DNA of 63,395 nucleotides, filler included, from Sphacelaria rigidula (Eukaryota), in NCBI GenBank assembly GCA_964200075.2. It is 10 parts of 10 records of this genome, joined end to end, with 100 filler letters (N's around TTAATTAATTAA, not from the genome) between each part and the next. Parts side by side here need not be neighbours in the genome. Positions count along the whole stretch, not along the records: positions 6,351 to 12,600 come from CAXNAA020021229.1; positions 12,701 to 18,950 come from CAXNAA020021230.1; positions 19,051 to 25,300 come from CAXNAA020021231.1; 7 more parts are not named here. One strand, 5' to 3'. The notes beneath the pieces are model-generated. The model saw nothing but the letters and a program-made list of their open reading frames with translations. It was not told the origin of the DNA and searched no databases. The position numbers and the translations under genes are program-made. Positions 12,061 to 24,372 of this stretch are shown here, in pieces. The stretch's first letter is position 1, and each line of letters opens with the position of its first letter.

Positions 12061-15000
12061 AGATGTCGCCTCTCCATTGCGCCCTGGATCATTGCTCAAC
12101 TTTTGTGGAGACAATTACGTTATCTAAAGTGTGGCTGCCTAAGATATACTGCGTGGGAAGACAGCGCAGCGTCGGTGCACTTCAGGCCGCGGATCGCGGC
12201 GTGTGGGTGGATGGACCTTGCCTTGATTTTTGGATGATTTTCTCGTGAACAGATGGTGGACGTTAGTTCGTAGCATCATGGATTTCTTGCTACACATAGA
12301 ACGGTGGTGAAATTTGATGGCCTAAGTGGGAAGTTCATCCGCTCCCCTGACACTTTCTACGATAGCCCCCCCCCAAAACCCAGCTCAAACGTGTCACGAA
12401 AAAAATGTTCATACAGCGCTTAATGTTTGGGTTCAGGCTGCATGATGAGCCTCATATTGGCGACATTAGCTAGAACGAACCCAAGCGTGGGAATTCCCAG
12501 CTTCTCGTTGTGCTCGGCTTTTCCCATTTCGACTTACGTGAAGATTTTGCGCCCCAAATCCATCCACTTGGTGAGGGGCGTGCTATCCTAGAAAGTATCG
12601 NNNNNNNNNNNNNNNNNNNNNNNNNNNNNNNNNNNNNNNNNNNNTTAATTAATTAANNNNNNNNNNNNNNNNNNNNNNNNNNNNNNNNNNNNNNNNNNNN
12701 TTGCTGATGGGAAGATACTACTCGTACTGTACCGAGCTGTTCACGTGACCAGTGTGCGCTGTACATTGCCTATGCGCCACGCTAGCAACAGTTAGGTCAC
12801 CACCATAGGCATCTTTTTCCACTCTGCATGTCACAAAGGTCTCTACAAGTGTTTGATCTCTCATACACCCTCCTCAACTGGCATGTGGCAGGCCCTTATT
12901 CTGCTCGGGCACCCCGTTGGGGAAGGTCGGCGAAAATCAACGATGAATAACACCTCCTAAGTTCAAATTGGATCTATCTCTTATTCCCGCACCACCGCCC
13001 TTGCTGGCATGTGTGTGGCAGAGAGCAGTAGTAGCGGTGACGGGAACATTACCCTATTTTTCAACGACATGTCTTTCAGCGCACAGAGGCGCGTCCTGTC
13101 CGAAAGGAGAGGCAGAGAGGATTCGATCTTCGCGTTGGCGACAGGCAAGAAGAGACGAAGGAATCTCTCCGCACGTCGATGTTCTGGCACATGGAAAATG
13201 TGGCATATGCTGGTAACATCGATGATGCCAGTCTCTCGAGAGTTTGGTAATCGCCGAGCGAGGACACACAAAGGCCACGGGCGAGGAGCGTCCTCTCTGT
13301 CGTTGCTTCTCTCTCTGGTGATATCGTCACCGACACGCGTGTACGCCGCATTCGTTGGGTGCACCTAGCCACAGCTGCTCAACTGCTGCGGACATTCGGG
13401 GGGGAAGATGGCTTAGCTCGGTCGTAGGCGTTTCGCGTCTTCCCTGCACAAGAGAAATGTCACTTCAACCCCATATTTTGTATGAACCCCATTTTCTGAG
13501 ATCCACTGTTATATGTACAAATAGAGGGATTTCAGCATCTCTGCAGGCAATTTCCTCCCGCGGATGAAGTTTTCGGATCCCAGTCCGTTGAGCAATGTTT
13601 CTCGCCTACAGTAGTGGGCGGTCGAACTATTCATTTTGTGGCATATTGTTATTTCTTCGGAATTGGCGATTTTCTTGGGCTGTGTTCGCTCGCCACCGCT
13701 TATCACATTGGGGATCTGAAGATATTTGTATCCGCTCGACATTCCAAGAAAAAAAAATCATCTGTTCTCAATAGTGAGTGACTTACTGGCTGACCGGTCA
13801 TCGAGGGCCCTGCCACGTTTCAGCCCTGATTCTTACTTTTCGGTATTTTCAGTCGATCAAGCCTGTCCGTATCATGTTTATGAAAAAGTGTACGGTTTTA
13901 TCTTTTTGAAATTCTGCCTACTCATGTCACTAGAGCCGAAAAACGGTGTTTCACGGTCAATAACACCCTCCTGATTAGCAGGGTATTTACTCGTTTCGCC
14001 CGATAACACCAACTAGCACTGACTTGGGCACTGTGTTTTGAGGATGATCTGTTTATTGTACGACAATCCACCGACGCTAGCAATTTCGAGTTCTATCGCA
14101 GAGTAGTACCCGAGGGAAACCCCAAAGCCCCGCTGAATAGTTACACCGCCCACTTCTGTAGCTGTGAGAAAACCAACTTGATTCTCCGACTCTCTGGGCG
14201 TTGACTTTCGGGATGTCACCTTTCTGCCCTAATTCGGACTCTCCCGAATATGCGTGTACGAAAAATAGATCTGCCCAATGATGGTTGAAGCCACATGCAA
14301 CAGTGCCGTACTCTGTGTTCTTGAACATCAACCAATCGTAGGGAAACACAAGCAACGGTCACTGCCACAGCAGCTTTTGTCAGGATTTGTCTACCGAAAA
14401 ATATCCACACCTTGGACAATATATGGTCAATAGTTGTAACAGACAATGAAAGTACTGCATGAAGTATGGGCCTATTGCGACTGTTGTTGGCCTGCAATAG
14501 TTGCGATAGACCTATACTTTATGCAGTACACTTCTCGTCTATTGCATCTATTGACCGTATGTTGTCCAGGGTGTGGCAATTTCCACCGATAAACAACTGC
14601 ACCGCCCCAGTCGCAGTTGACGTAGACCGTAATAGGGGTAACTCTTTGAAATGGTAGCCGGGCTCGATGTTTTTTCCGTCCTCGTCGTTAGGTGGCATGA
14701 CCTTTGGTTCACTGCTGAAGCCATCATCTGAGACAAGGACAGCACGGACACATTCGCCAAGGTTTGGCTGTGGGTGACTGGTGCAGTAGGGGATCGCCGC
14801 TTGACAAATATAAACGATTCGCGGATTAGTTGGGAAAAGAGTGCAGTAGACTAGATCTATGTCGCAAGTCAAAACACCCTGTGCGACTGGAGAAGTATTC
14901 TTCACTACACCGTGGCTTTATTTCACAGCAGAAAACTTTTCGCTCAATGTAACGGCGATACTGTACACAGGAGAACAGAAATAGTCGACTGCGTGGTGGA

Positions 15001-15167
15001 CAAAGTGGCACAGTTCTTTCGCTTACAAGTAACACGCTAGTTTGTTCTTTTCGTCTGCGTCAACCAAACAAGCACATCATTTTTTGTCAGTTGCTACAAC
15101 CTTCACCTGAATAACTTCTCTCGAGGCATGAAGAACAAAATCGGTTAGTGGGATATCTGTAAGCAAC

Positions 15168-16127
15168 AATATGTTCGTGAGGTTAGGAACGGATTTTTTT
15201 CGGAACGGAAGATTTTTCCGTGATTTACACCGAGACGGCCGAATCGTCGGAAACGACCGTCACCCCCCTAACAGCCGGTCATCAAAATTGAGGATGGAGC
15301 TTCTCATTGAGGATGATAACCCAGAAAATGAAAATCTTCGCATCCACACCGATTCTTCGAGATATGGTTCCATTCCTCCATCTACTGGTGGCGACTGACG
15401 ACTACCATACGCCGACACTTTCTACGATAGCCCACCCCTCCAAACCCAGCCCAAAACTGCCACGAAAAAAGTGATCATACAGCGCCTGATGTTTGGTTTC
15501 AGGCTGCATGAAGCGCCTCATATGGGCGACATTGGCGAAGACAAATCAAAGCGCGGGAATTCTCAGCCGCTCGTTGTGCTCGGCTGTTTTCATTTCCATT
15601 TACGTGTAGTTTTTGCCACCCCGAACCAGCAGCTTTGTTTTTCTTCGGGAGGGGGGGGGGGGTATCGTAGAAAGTGTCCGCCATACAATTCTGGATTCCG
15701 ACGACCGAAATTTGGGGGTCCTGGGTGAAAAAGAAAATGTTGGGAATTTATATGATCCGGCTTAATTAAATGGGTTATCATCCTCAATGAAAAGCTCCTT
15801 CCTCAATTTCGATGATCAGCTTTCCCCTGAAAGCCCGTGATCTGACGGGATTCATGGTGCAAAACGGTTTGAAATCGCCTGGGTGGGCCTGTGGAGAGGT
15901 ATGAGGGAAAATATGTCCAAAAAAGAAGAAAAACGTTTCCACATTTTTGGTAGTATCTCATCGAAGGCGTCACAAATTTCAAATCCGATTGTGCCAAAGT
16001 TCCCCTCAGATCACGGGCTTTCAAAGGGGTGGGGCCGTTTCGGACGATTCGACCGTCTTTCTTGGTGTAAATCACGAAAAACATCCCTTTGCGAAACACC
16101 TCCCGTTACTAATCTCACGAACATATC
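15168..16127. mobile_element. Foldback-like non-autonomous DNA element with long imperfect TIRs, hosting a nested family-B MITE
   Basis: 15168-15330 is inverted relative to 15770-16127, e.g. ATATGTTCGTGAGGTTAG vs CTAATCTCACGAACATAT and CATTGAGGATGATAACCCA vs TGGGTTATCATCCTCAATG. Confidence 0.6.
15414..15678. mobile_element. MITE family B (TIR GACACTTTCTACGATA + C/G run; 4-bp TSD)
   Basis: Perfect 16-bp TIR and TSD CGCC/CGCC. Further copies at 12349-12599, 44461-44695 and 63086-63321. Confidence 0.8.
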
Positions 16128-16971
16128 ATATATGAGCGTGACCCTTTGCGAAATCGACTTTGCCACAGCGTTCAAGATGCTGGATTTCTACGAGACCGAC
16201 ACTCTCAGCACTTCTGGCATGGAGGCGAAGAATGAGACCAAGCCTATGAAGCAAGCGATTTTGAGGTCTTCGTACTCCTCTCCCTCTCACCCCCGGCAGC
16301 CCTTCCCTCGGGTAATGAGTGATCCAAACCTCAAACGCACAACGATGCTCAATACATCGCATCTACAAACATGAGCCATGTAGCCAAAATATACCAAGGC
16401 GTAGTAGATGTAGCATGTAAGATCCTGGATGATGACCAGGGAACAAGAGCATCCTGTTGTGGATGATCACCCTTGCTGTGTAGCCCATGCCTGACGGTAC
16501 GGGCTGCAGCTGTTTACTCCATGAATGACATGAAGCTCTGAGGAGGCTCATTGAGCTTCGAGGCTAGATATTGCTGGAGGAGATCCTCGCTGGAAGTCCT
16601 CTTGTCCAGATCGTCTGGCAGAGGCTATTTATGTAATATCTAGATATTTCTCGGCCCTCTGTTGGAAGGCCTGGAGAAACTGGAGAAATGATTGAAGCGG
16701 TACGGTGTTTCGGATCCTGGTTGAAGCTGCGGAAAGCAGCCGGTTCTTAGACGGAAGACAGCTTACAGCGCACAGCGTTTGGAGGGACACACTCCGCTGG
16801 AGGGACGCTCAAGTGAGGCAAGAGTCTATCAGTGATTTTTTGAGTCATAGAGAACATGGCTCAAGTGGCAAAGACGCCGCTGGTTTGGGATAAACTGTTA
16901 GAAACGTCAAAGTATGGTGAGCGAAAGCAGCAGGAACAGCTGCCGACATCGCGAGCGTTGTTCACTCGCCT

Positions 16972-18560
16972 ATGTTACAATTGTGGAGACCATGGCACAT
17001 TTTAAGACGTTGCCCCAAGCCTCGCGCTAAAGGCGCTGCGCAAGGGAATGCGCGAGATTTGTCAGGATCTCGAGGCGGTCGTCATGACGGACAAGGTCGG
17101 AGCAACCAGAGATACGGGTGCAGAGGCAGAGGCCAAAACCGAAATCAAGCGACGGAGAATTGTAATTCCGCCGCTACTGTACCCTCAAGTGCGTTCTCAA
17201 GTGATGACTCTAGATCTCTAGGCTCATATGTGTCGGGGCGGCTATCATACGTGGGAGGAGGTAACGTTCCGGTGGGGAGTGGTGGAGCGGAACGCTCGCA
17301 ACCCGTAGGCCCGGCAAGATTCGTGTCTGGTGTATCTTCCACTGGTGCGACGACTGTGAAAGCACCGATGTCAAGTGCTGGAGCGCTGCCTTGGCGTCAA
17401 GTAACTCTAGGTACTAACCAGAGTTTTTCTTCGGCAGGTGTGGTGCCTGTCAACCGTAGCGCAGAATGCTTGCGCGCCGATCTATCTATACCCGGTTCTG
17501 TTGGTTCATTTATGGCTCGCGTTTTTCTCGACTCTGGATCAGCAATCACATCAATAAGTGTGGGGTTGCTACAACAGATGTCTTCACAGTTGGGATGCGC
17601 CCAGTTACAGCTACCATTTGAAAACGGACCGAAAATGGCACAGAGCGCCACGGGTGCGCCCGTGACTGTTTCTTATAGAACGGTGCCTATTGCTGTGAGC
17701 GTGCGAATGCCGTGGGGGGCTGTGGAGATGCCGCCAGTCACTTCCGCGGTCATGCCTGGCAACGGTGACGTGGTGTTGTTTGGCATGGCGACCATGAAGG
17801 AACTCGGGGTAGATTTGTATCCGCTGGCTTTGGGAAAGTTTCGCCCGCGTGCTGTGCCGGTGCAGAGCGGCGTGAATAAACCCAGTTATCTTTCGGCTAG
17901 GCGGGTGACCGTCCCTGTGTGGTTGTTTGAAAGTGACAGCAAGAAGGATACAGGTGTAAAGGAAGAGGAAGCTCCTAAGAGAGGAGCTGTATAGCCTATG
18001 AGGGTGCAGCCCCAGTTACAGGCGACGACTGCGAAGGCCCAGCCCCATTGCAACGATCCGGTGAAGGCCGGGTGGCTAGCTTCGTGAATTGCAGTTTTCG
18101 TGGCGTTTGGGTTACTATACTGCAGTTTGCAGTCAAGTTTGGAGAGAGCGGCGATGGAAATGCGGGAAAAATCCTGCTCCCGACGAGTGAGTGAATCCCA
18201 GGTGGGGGCGCACATTCCCCCTACCCACGAGGATATGGTGCATGGTGGGGATACGGTGCATGGTACACGCCCGGAGGAGGTGATGGAATTTCATTTCCTC
18301 GGCGATGGAGCGAGTGGTCAGCTGGAAAATGGTGGGTTGGACGACGGAGATCCGATTCAAGATATTTTGGTGATCAAAGACGATGTGAGCAACTTCGTGT
18401 GGTTGGAGCCCGAGGAGTCTAGTGTGGAGGTGAAGAAGGTGGAGCATTTTCTCACATGATTCAAAGCAAAAGCGATGGGGTCGCCGGAGGTATGGGTTGG
18501 CGATACGGGATGGGATATCAAGAATTGTGCTGTGAGGTCGTTTAATAAGGCGCTGATGGA
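16972..18560 (+). mobile_element. Degenerate, internally deleted Ty3/Gypsy-type LTR retrotransposon gag-pol relic
   Basis: Frameshifted CCHC zinc knuckle (CYNCGDHG / HILRRCP) at ~16973-17015. Aspartic protease motif VFLDSGS and a later VLFGM segment in ORF 16972..17994. Integrase-core-like HGTRPEEVMEFHFL...ILVIKDDVSNFVWLEP in 18100..18459. No RT/RNase H between them; LTRs not identified. Confidence 0.75.
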
Positions 18561-21500
18561 TTGAGTCATCCTACGATAGGGGGAAGGTATTATGGGCCAC
18601 TTCTTGCACGAAATTCCGAGGCAATCCGTCGTTGAAAGCAGCAACGGTTGTTCGAACGAGCTTGTCGTGGATTAATAAGGCTCATCCATACTGCCTGATA
18701 CCGTTTGAAACCAAATACAAACGTAACGCAAAAGTGGTAGGTCGTCTGACACACTTATGAGTCTCTTTTTTCGTGCAACCAAATCTCCCCCCCCCTCTAT
18801 GGTAGAATGACTCGATCGTAAATTTCGGATGGTCAATTCGCCGTTGTCCCATCGTAAATGTAAGCGAATGATACGTGATATTGCTCATATAACAGCCGAT
18901 TTCAAATTTTGGGGTTCATACAAAATATGGGGCTGAAGTGGCATGTCTCTNNNNNNNNNNNNNNNNNNNNNNNNNNNNNNNNNNNNNNNNNNNNTTAATT
19001 AATTAANNNNNNNNNNNNNNNNNNNNNNNNNNNNNNNNNNNNNNNNNNNNTTTGTCCCCCTCCGCCGACGGGGGGGAGGTGTAAAAGGTTGTTGGCCTTT
19101 TTGTTGAAGCGCCCAAGGCCCCCCCCCCCCCCCCCCTACTTGCAGCTTTCCCCTCCCCTCCCTTTGCCTCCTCCCCCTTCCTTCCTCGAGACGAGCCCGT
19201 ACTCTCTTGGGAGCAGCCCACCTCGCCCCTGGAATGTACCTCTCTTTTGTCCGCCCCATGGCCTTAGCCCTTTGAATCAGACTCGCGGTCGACAAATAGA
19301 AGGTTTACGTGCCCTGTAGTTTCTTCACGGTCGACAGATAGCAGGTTCATATGCCCTGTAATTTCTTCTTGTCGAGCAGTGAATAATGGCAATACCCTAG
19401 CCAGTCGAATTTCATCTTGAGGCCGATTACTCGAGACGTTTTCCTGCTTCATCACCGACGTTTTCGCAGGTCTTTTTCACGTACCCATAGTCCCGGATCA
19501 GTCGACCAAAAAGATATTCATGCGAACGTGGGCGTGTGCTCGCTTCAAGCTCGGGTATGCAGGAATATGTGCCCGGTTGCAGGATAGTCATGTGCGAAAG
19601 CATTCGCCTGGTTCGAAGACCGCCACATGAGAGCTTGCCATGCATGTGACAAAACCCTGCAATCCACCAGTGGCTTTTGATATCGATGTGTTCCTGTCGC
19701 AATTTTCTGGCTCCTAAACGATAGCCGTACACGAGCTACGAGCTGTGCTGCGGGAACGGCTCGGGCAGTGGCGACGGCATCACCCCAATTGTTAGCGCCT
19801 TCGACATGAAAGATGCTAAGCAGTATCTGGAGCTCCAGGTTTGCGATTCACACGAACTGTATCTGTTGCCCAGCGTGTGGAACGTCGAGAAGCGTGTTCC
19901 GGAAGATAGGGACCCTCGAGTTAGATCCGGCGATATATACCCGTCGTTGTAGGCAGCACCATGCGTGCTAGTTGTGGTGGGTATGATCACTTTTCGAAAC
20001 AGCGGTCGCTCTCGATGCTTGCGTTCGTTGTGCAGAGTGTGGCGATGGGCACAGCGCAGTTAGATGGTCGCAGTTAGATAGCCAATGAAAAATTCTCTCA
20101 AATTCATTTCTGCAGCATTAAATAGCGACCATATCGAGTAGTACAATCAAAAGATGCGAAGTAAGTGCACGTTCAAAGCCGGGTGTATTCGATTGGATAG
20201 AAAACGTAGACTGAAATGGACACCATCCAACGGACTAGCCTAATCGCGACTGCTGGAGTGACACCGAAACATGCATGTGCCTGTGTTTCTATTGGTTTTC
20301 GTCTGTCCACGTGCAGAAAGGGGTTCGATTGTCTGTACACGTGTATGCATTTAACTTACAAAGCTCCCCCTCACTTGACAGTAATCTGTCGTCTGCATCG
20401 ACCGGACAGGGGGTCTATCACTCGGCAGAATTCGGCGGGCCTTGGTACGGCAGCGACAGTGTCATCGACTCAGTGAGTGTGCAACTGTTTAGTTTATAGC
20501 TCTATGAAATGTGTGAATCCATTATTGCTCCCCCCCCAAAAGTCCGTCGACCGTAACCGCTTCTACCAGGTGGGCAAGCCTATGAGCTAACAGTTCTTCT
20601 CGGACCCGATATCTGTTTCAGTTTCCCGAATAAACCTGATAAGTATATTGCTGTGAAGTGCAGACCAACCTGCTGATGCGCCCTCTACCGCTTGAAAAAT
20701 ATTGGGGAAAAAAGTGTACGGCATATTCGTATAACCTCAACGACGGAACCAGATGGTGCAAAACAAAATATATCGGGGCTCTGTAGCTGGAGTCTGTCTC
20801 CTCATCCAATACTTGGACCATCGTGGCGTAGCGGTGTCACACAAGTAGTGGAAGGCCCCGCTCAAATCGTGGACTTTCGAGCCGAAATTTTACGAGGACC
20901 TTCTGCATGAAAGTTCAGAATTGCTCACGTTTGTAGCAAGATTTTATTTGATCTTTCATGGAGCTGTGGCGTTTTCTTTGTACCGACCTGAAATTAAAAA
21001 AAACACATCCGTCGGGATTCGAACCCACAAGCTGCCGCCATCGTTTCCTTGAAGGAAAAAGGAAACCTCACCCAACACTTCCTCCGCGAACGGGTTTGTG
21101 TGCCGATTACCCAGAGGCTCGACTAGACCGGCTCGCGGCAGTCGTATGGGGTAGGCGCCTCGAGCTGTTGAAAAGCTTTGCTGTTGGCGATGTCGGGGTC
21201 GAACCCACTCAAACCCCATATCAACGTGGGGCAGTGCACGCGCCACCCTACTCTTATGAGCTTCGGCCCCAACCTGCCGTCGTATAGGGGCGCCATATCT
21301 GCACCGTCATACATTGAACAAAAATGCACGGCCCAATTGCAGGGGTCTTGAGCTGAAATTTTCGCATATACGTTCTACACGTCAACACGCAATAACTGAC
21401 CGCAGTAGCCAAACATATGAATATGTTTTTGTTGAGTTAATGCACTTTGAATTTTCGTCAGAATCTTCAAGTGGCTCTGAGGTGGTGTTTTGTTTTTTTC

Positions 21501-22739
21501 TCTTGGCTACCGCGATCCGTTTTCGTGTCTTGATTTCAACCCTGTATCAAAGATTCAGCTTCTATGATGAACAACGGGCCGTGCAAGGCTGGTCAGGAAC
21601 CAAAACTGTTTTTAGGCTGGCCCAGCTCGTAGTCATAGTCGGAATAAGAGTTGAAGAAAAACGGAATAAAATCAGTCCTTGTTTTTTTCTTTGTCGTCTC
21701 CAGCTCCTTTGACAACTAGAAGTTTAGAATATTTACTGCAGGAGGAAGGGTGGACAACACTCAGTACACAGAGTTGGGTATTGGGATCAGATGGTCTCAA
21801 ATGGAGAATGACTTTTCCGGGCAAAGGGTTGAAACAACATCAAGCAGTGGCATACAAAAAGCAGAAGGCAGGGTTACATAAAAGCGAGAATTCGTTAACA
21901 TACATGTACTTCCTCTGTTCCATAAGTCTGGCCGGTTATGTTTATAAGAGCCCTTAACGGTGTCCGATTTGATCTTCGATTTTTTTATTGCATTCGTTGG
22001 CGTTTTTTTTAACTAAATCCAACACTCTTTCTACAACGTGGGTGCTCAACGCGTTCAGTCTCGCGGTCGAGAAAAAGTAGGTCGGTCAAAAAACGGCGAT
22101 TTTTCGCTTTTTTTTCCCAGTAAGCATGAGGGATCCGGGTACACCAAAAATTGCGAAAAAACGTGAAAAAAACGAGAAAATCGCAAGAGAACCATTGATT
22201 TCGGATATCTCCGTGACGTGAACATACGCACGCCCCATCAAACATACTTTCAGCATGTAATCGCTAGTGTTTGACGTAAAAACATCCAAAATTGGTCAAT
22301 ATTGGGGTATATGTGGACCACAAATGGGCCAAAATGGGCCAAAATGGGCCAAAATGGGCGTATTTTGACGTCATTTTAGTATGGACCACTAACATTTTAT
22401 ATATTTAATATGTTTGTATCAGCTTCGTTGGCGCTTCATCTTTCCTAGGAACCCAACTATGGGATGATCGGAAGAGTTTGAATGCGCAAACGATTAAAAG
22501 CCCATAACCGACCAGACTTACGGGACAGAGGAAGTATATCGTTACATCCATGACATAATATGCCACCCAGCTCTCTCGCACTCTAAGCGTGAGACTACCG
22601 AATCCGTCTGAGGAAGGGAAGGGGTTGTGGATTAGAAGTATGATATGACGTCAAAGGGTAAATGTAAACAAAGCTGATCTCGTCCATTCCTATTTTGGTC
22701 GGTCGGTCATCGTTTTTTGTTCTTTCGACACGTTTTCAG

Positions 22740-22819
22740 GATATCCTGGATGAGGCTTTGCTGAGATCTGGACGGTTCGACATGCAGGTATTTTTATTCT
22801 TTTCTCCCTTTCCTTTCCA

Positions 22820-22850
<31 letters not shown>

Positions 22851-24372
22851 TTTTTTTTTCTTTTCTGTTTCGGTCGTATAATTAAAACGTCTGTTGTACT
22901 GTAGGCGCGCAGTGTCTGAGATGGCACGCAGACGAGGCCTCCAGCGCGACAAGGCGTTTGGTAGTAGTAGTAGTAGTAGTAGTAGTGTGCGAACCGATGA
23001 GTACTGGGTGAAGAAATCTTGTAGAGACGTTCAAAGTTCCGGCTGAAGTTGTTGCTCTCTGTTGTCGCCCCCTTTATTCCGGACGCCGGCTCACACCTTT
23101 CTGTATACGTGGGTGCCACAACTGGGGTCACAAAGGAGGAAGGCAGCGGACACAGCATTTTTATTTTATTTTTTACTTCTTCCTTCTGCGGTGCTTGTCT
23201 TTCCTTTTATCCATCGCGACAGGGGTTTAGTAGTCGCTTGCCGTCGTCGACCATCAAGCCGAATGTTTTGTAACCATAGCATAGTCACTTTCCACTGTTG
23301 AGCATGGTGTGAGAAAAATCCCAGGCCGCTCCGAGATTCGAACCCACACCCCAACAGTTGAAAGATTTGAAGATTTCGAGGTTACCAAGTGAGCCACTGG
23401 GGCGATCGGCGTTTGAAGCAAGTCAACTGTTTCTCAACAGAAAAGCGCGGTTGCACCGCTCGATTTTGAGTCGTTTCCCATGAAATTTTGACACAATATA
23501 CATCAGGTATGTGCGAAGCCCATATCATTTCCCCTTCATTTTTATTTTTTTTCGTGAGTTATTGGTGATCGGAATGTGGACCATTTTTTTTTTTCGGTAC
23601 AAAATCGTCGACAAGTCATCAGAAAACAAATAGTCAGGGGGGAACAATAGGGTCTCGGAACGTACCTCATGCACATCGTATCAAAATTTCGTGGAAAACA
23701 ACCTTGAAATTGAACAGCATTATCCCATGTTAATTATTTGGCTCGTCCACCTCCACATAGCAAACGGTGTTCGATACGAAAACGTGATTTCCGTGCACAA
23801 TTTTGAGTTTTCTATGAATTTTTGACACGTTGTACAGGGCGTATGTGCCAAGACCCCACCGTCCCCCCAACGCCCCCCTGCATATATTTTCCCGTGAGCT
23901 GTTGGCGACGAAATATTTTAGAACAGTTTTTTCAAGAACTAAGTAAAAAATAACTAACAAAGAAAATGCAGGGGGGTAAGATGGAGTCTTCGCACATACG
24001 TTCTGTACGTCGTGTCAAAATTTCATCCAGAACGACTTGAAATTGAGCACCAAAATCAGGCGTCAACATTCCTGTTCGAATCTTGGGCGGCCCACCCTGT
24101 ACAACGACCGAGTGTTGATGAACACACATGTATATAGGTTCACATATCAACTGTTGAAGAACGATTGTTATATAAATGAACCAAGCTTATTTATTTACTT
24201 TTGTTAATGTTGGTATTATTCATTATTCTATTCTTTTTTTTCTTTTATTCTATTCTTTTTTTTCTCTTTCGTGCGCTTTCTCGGCCACACCTCGCCGTGC
24301 TAGGTGGATGTCGAGCGCCCAGACCGAACAGGACGCGAACAGCTGTTCTCCAAGTATATTGCTTCACTTAAG
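22740..24372 (+). CDS. AAA+ ATPase, probably FtsH/paraplegin-like protease; two internal exons (22740-22787, 24304-24372); partial gene
   Basis: Exons with canonical AG/GT boundaries splice in phase 0 to DILDEALLRSGRFDMQ|VDVERPDRTGREQLFSKYIASLK, the second region of homology (DxLDxALLRxGRFD) and the following PDxxGRxxI segment of classic AAA proteins. Confidence 0.75.

Noticed and set aside
19285..19375. 42-bp tandem duplication translating to EEITGHMNLLSVDR / EETTGHVNLLFVDR
   Set aside because: Only two units, in a short ORF with no other support for coding.
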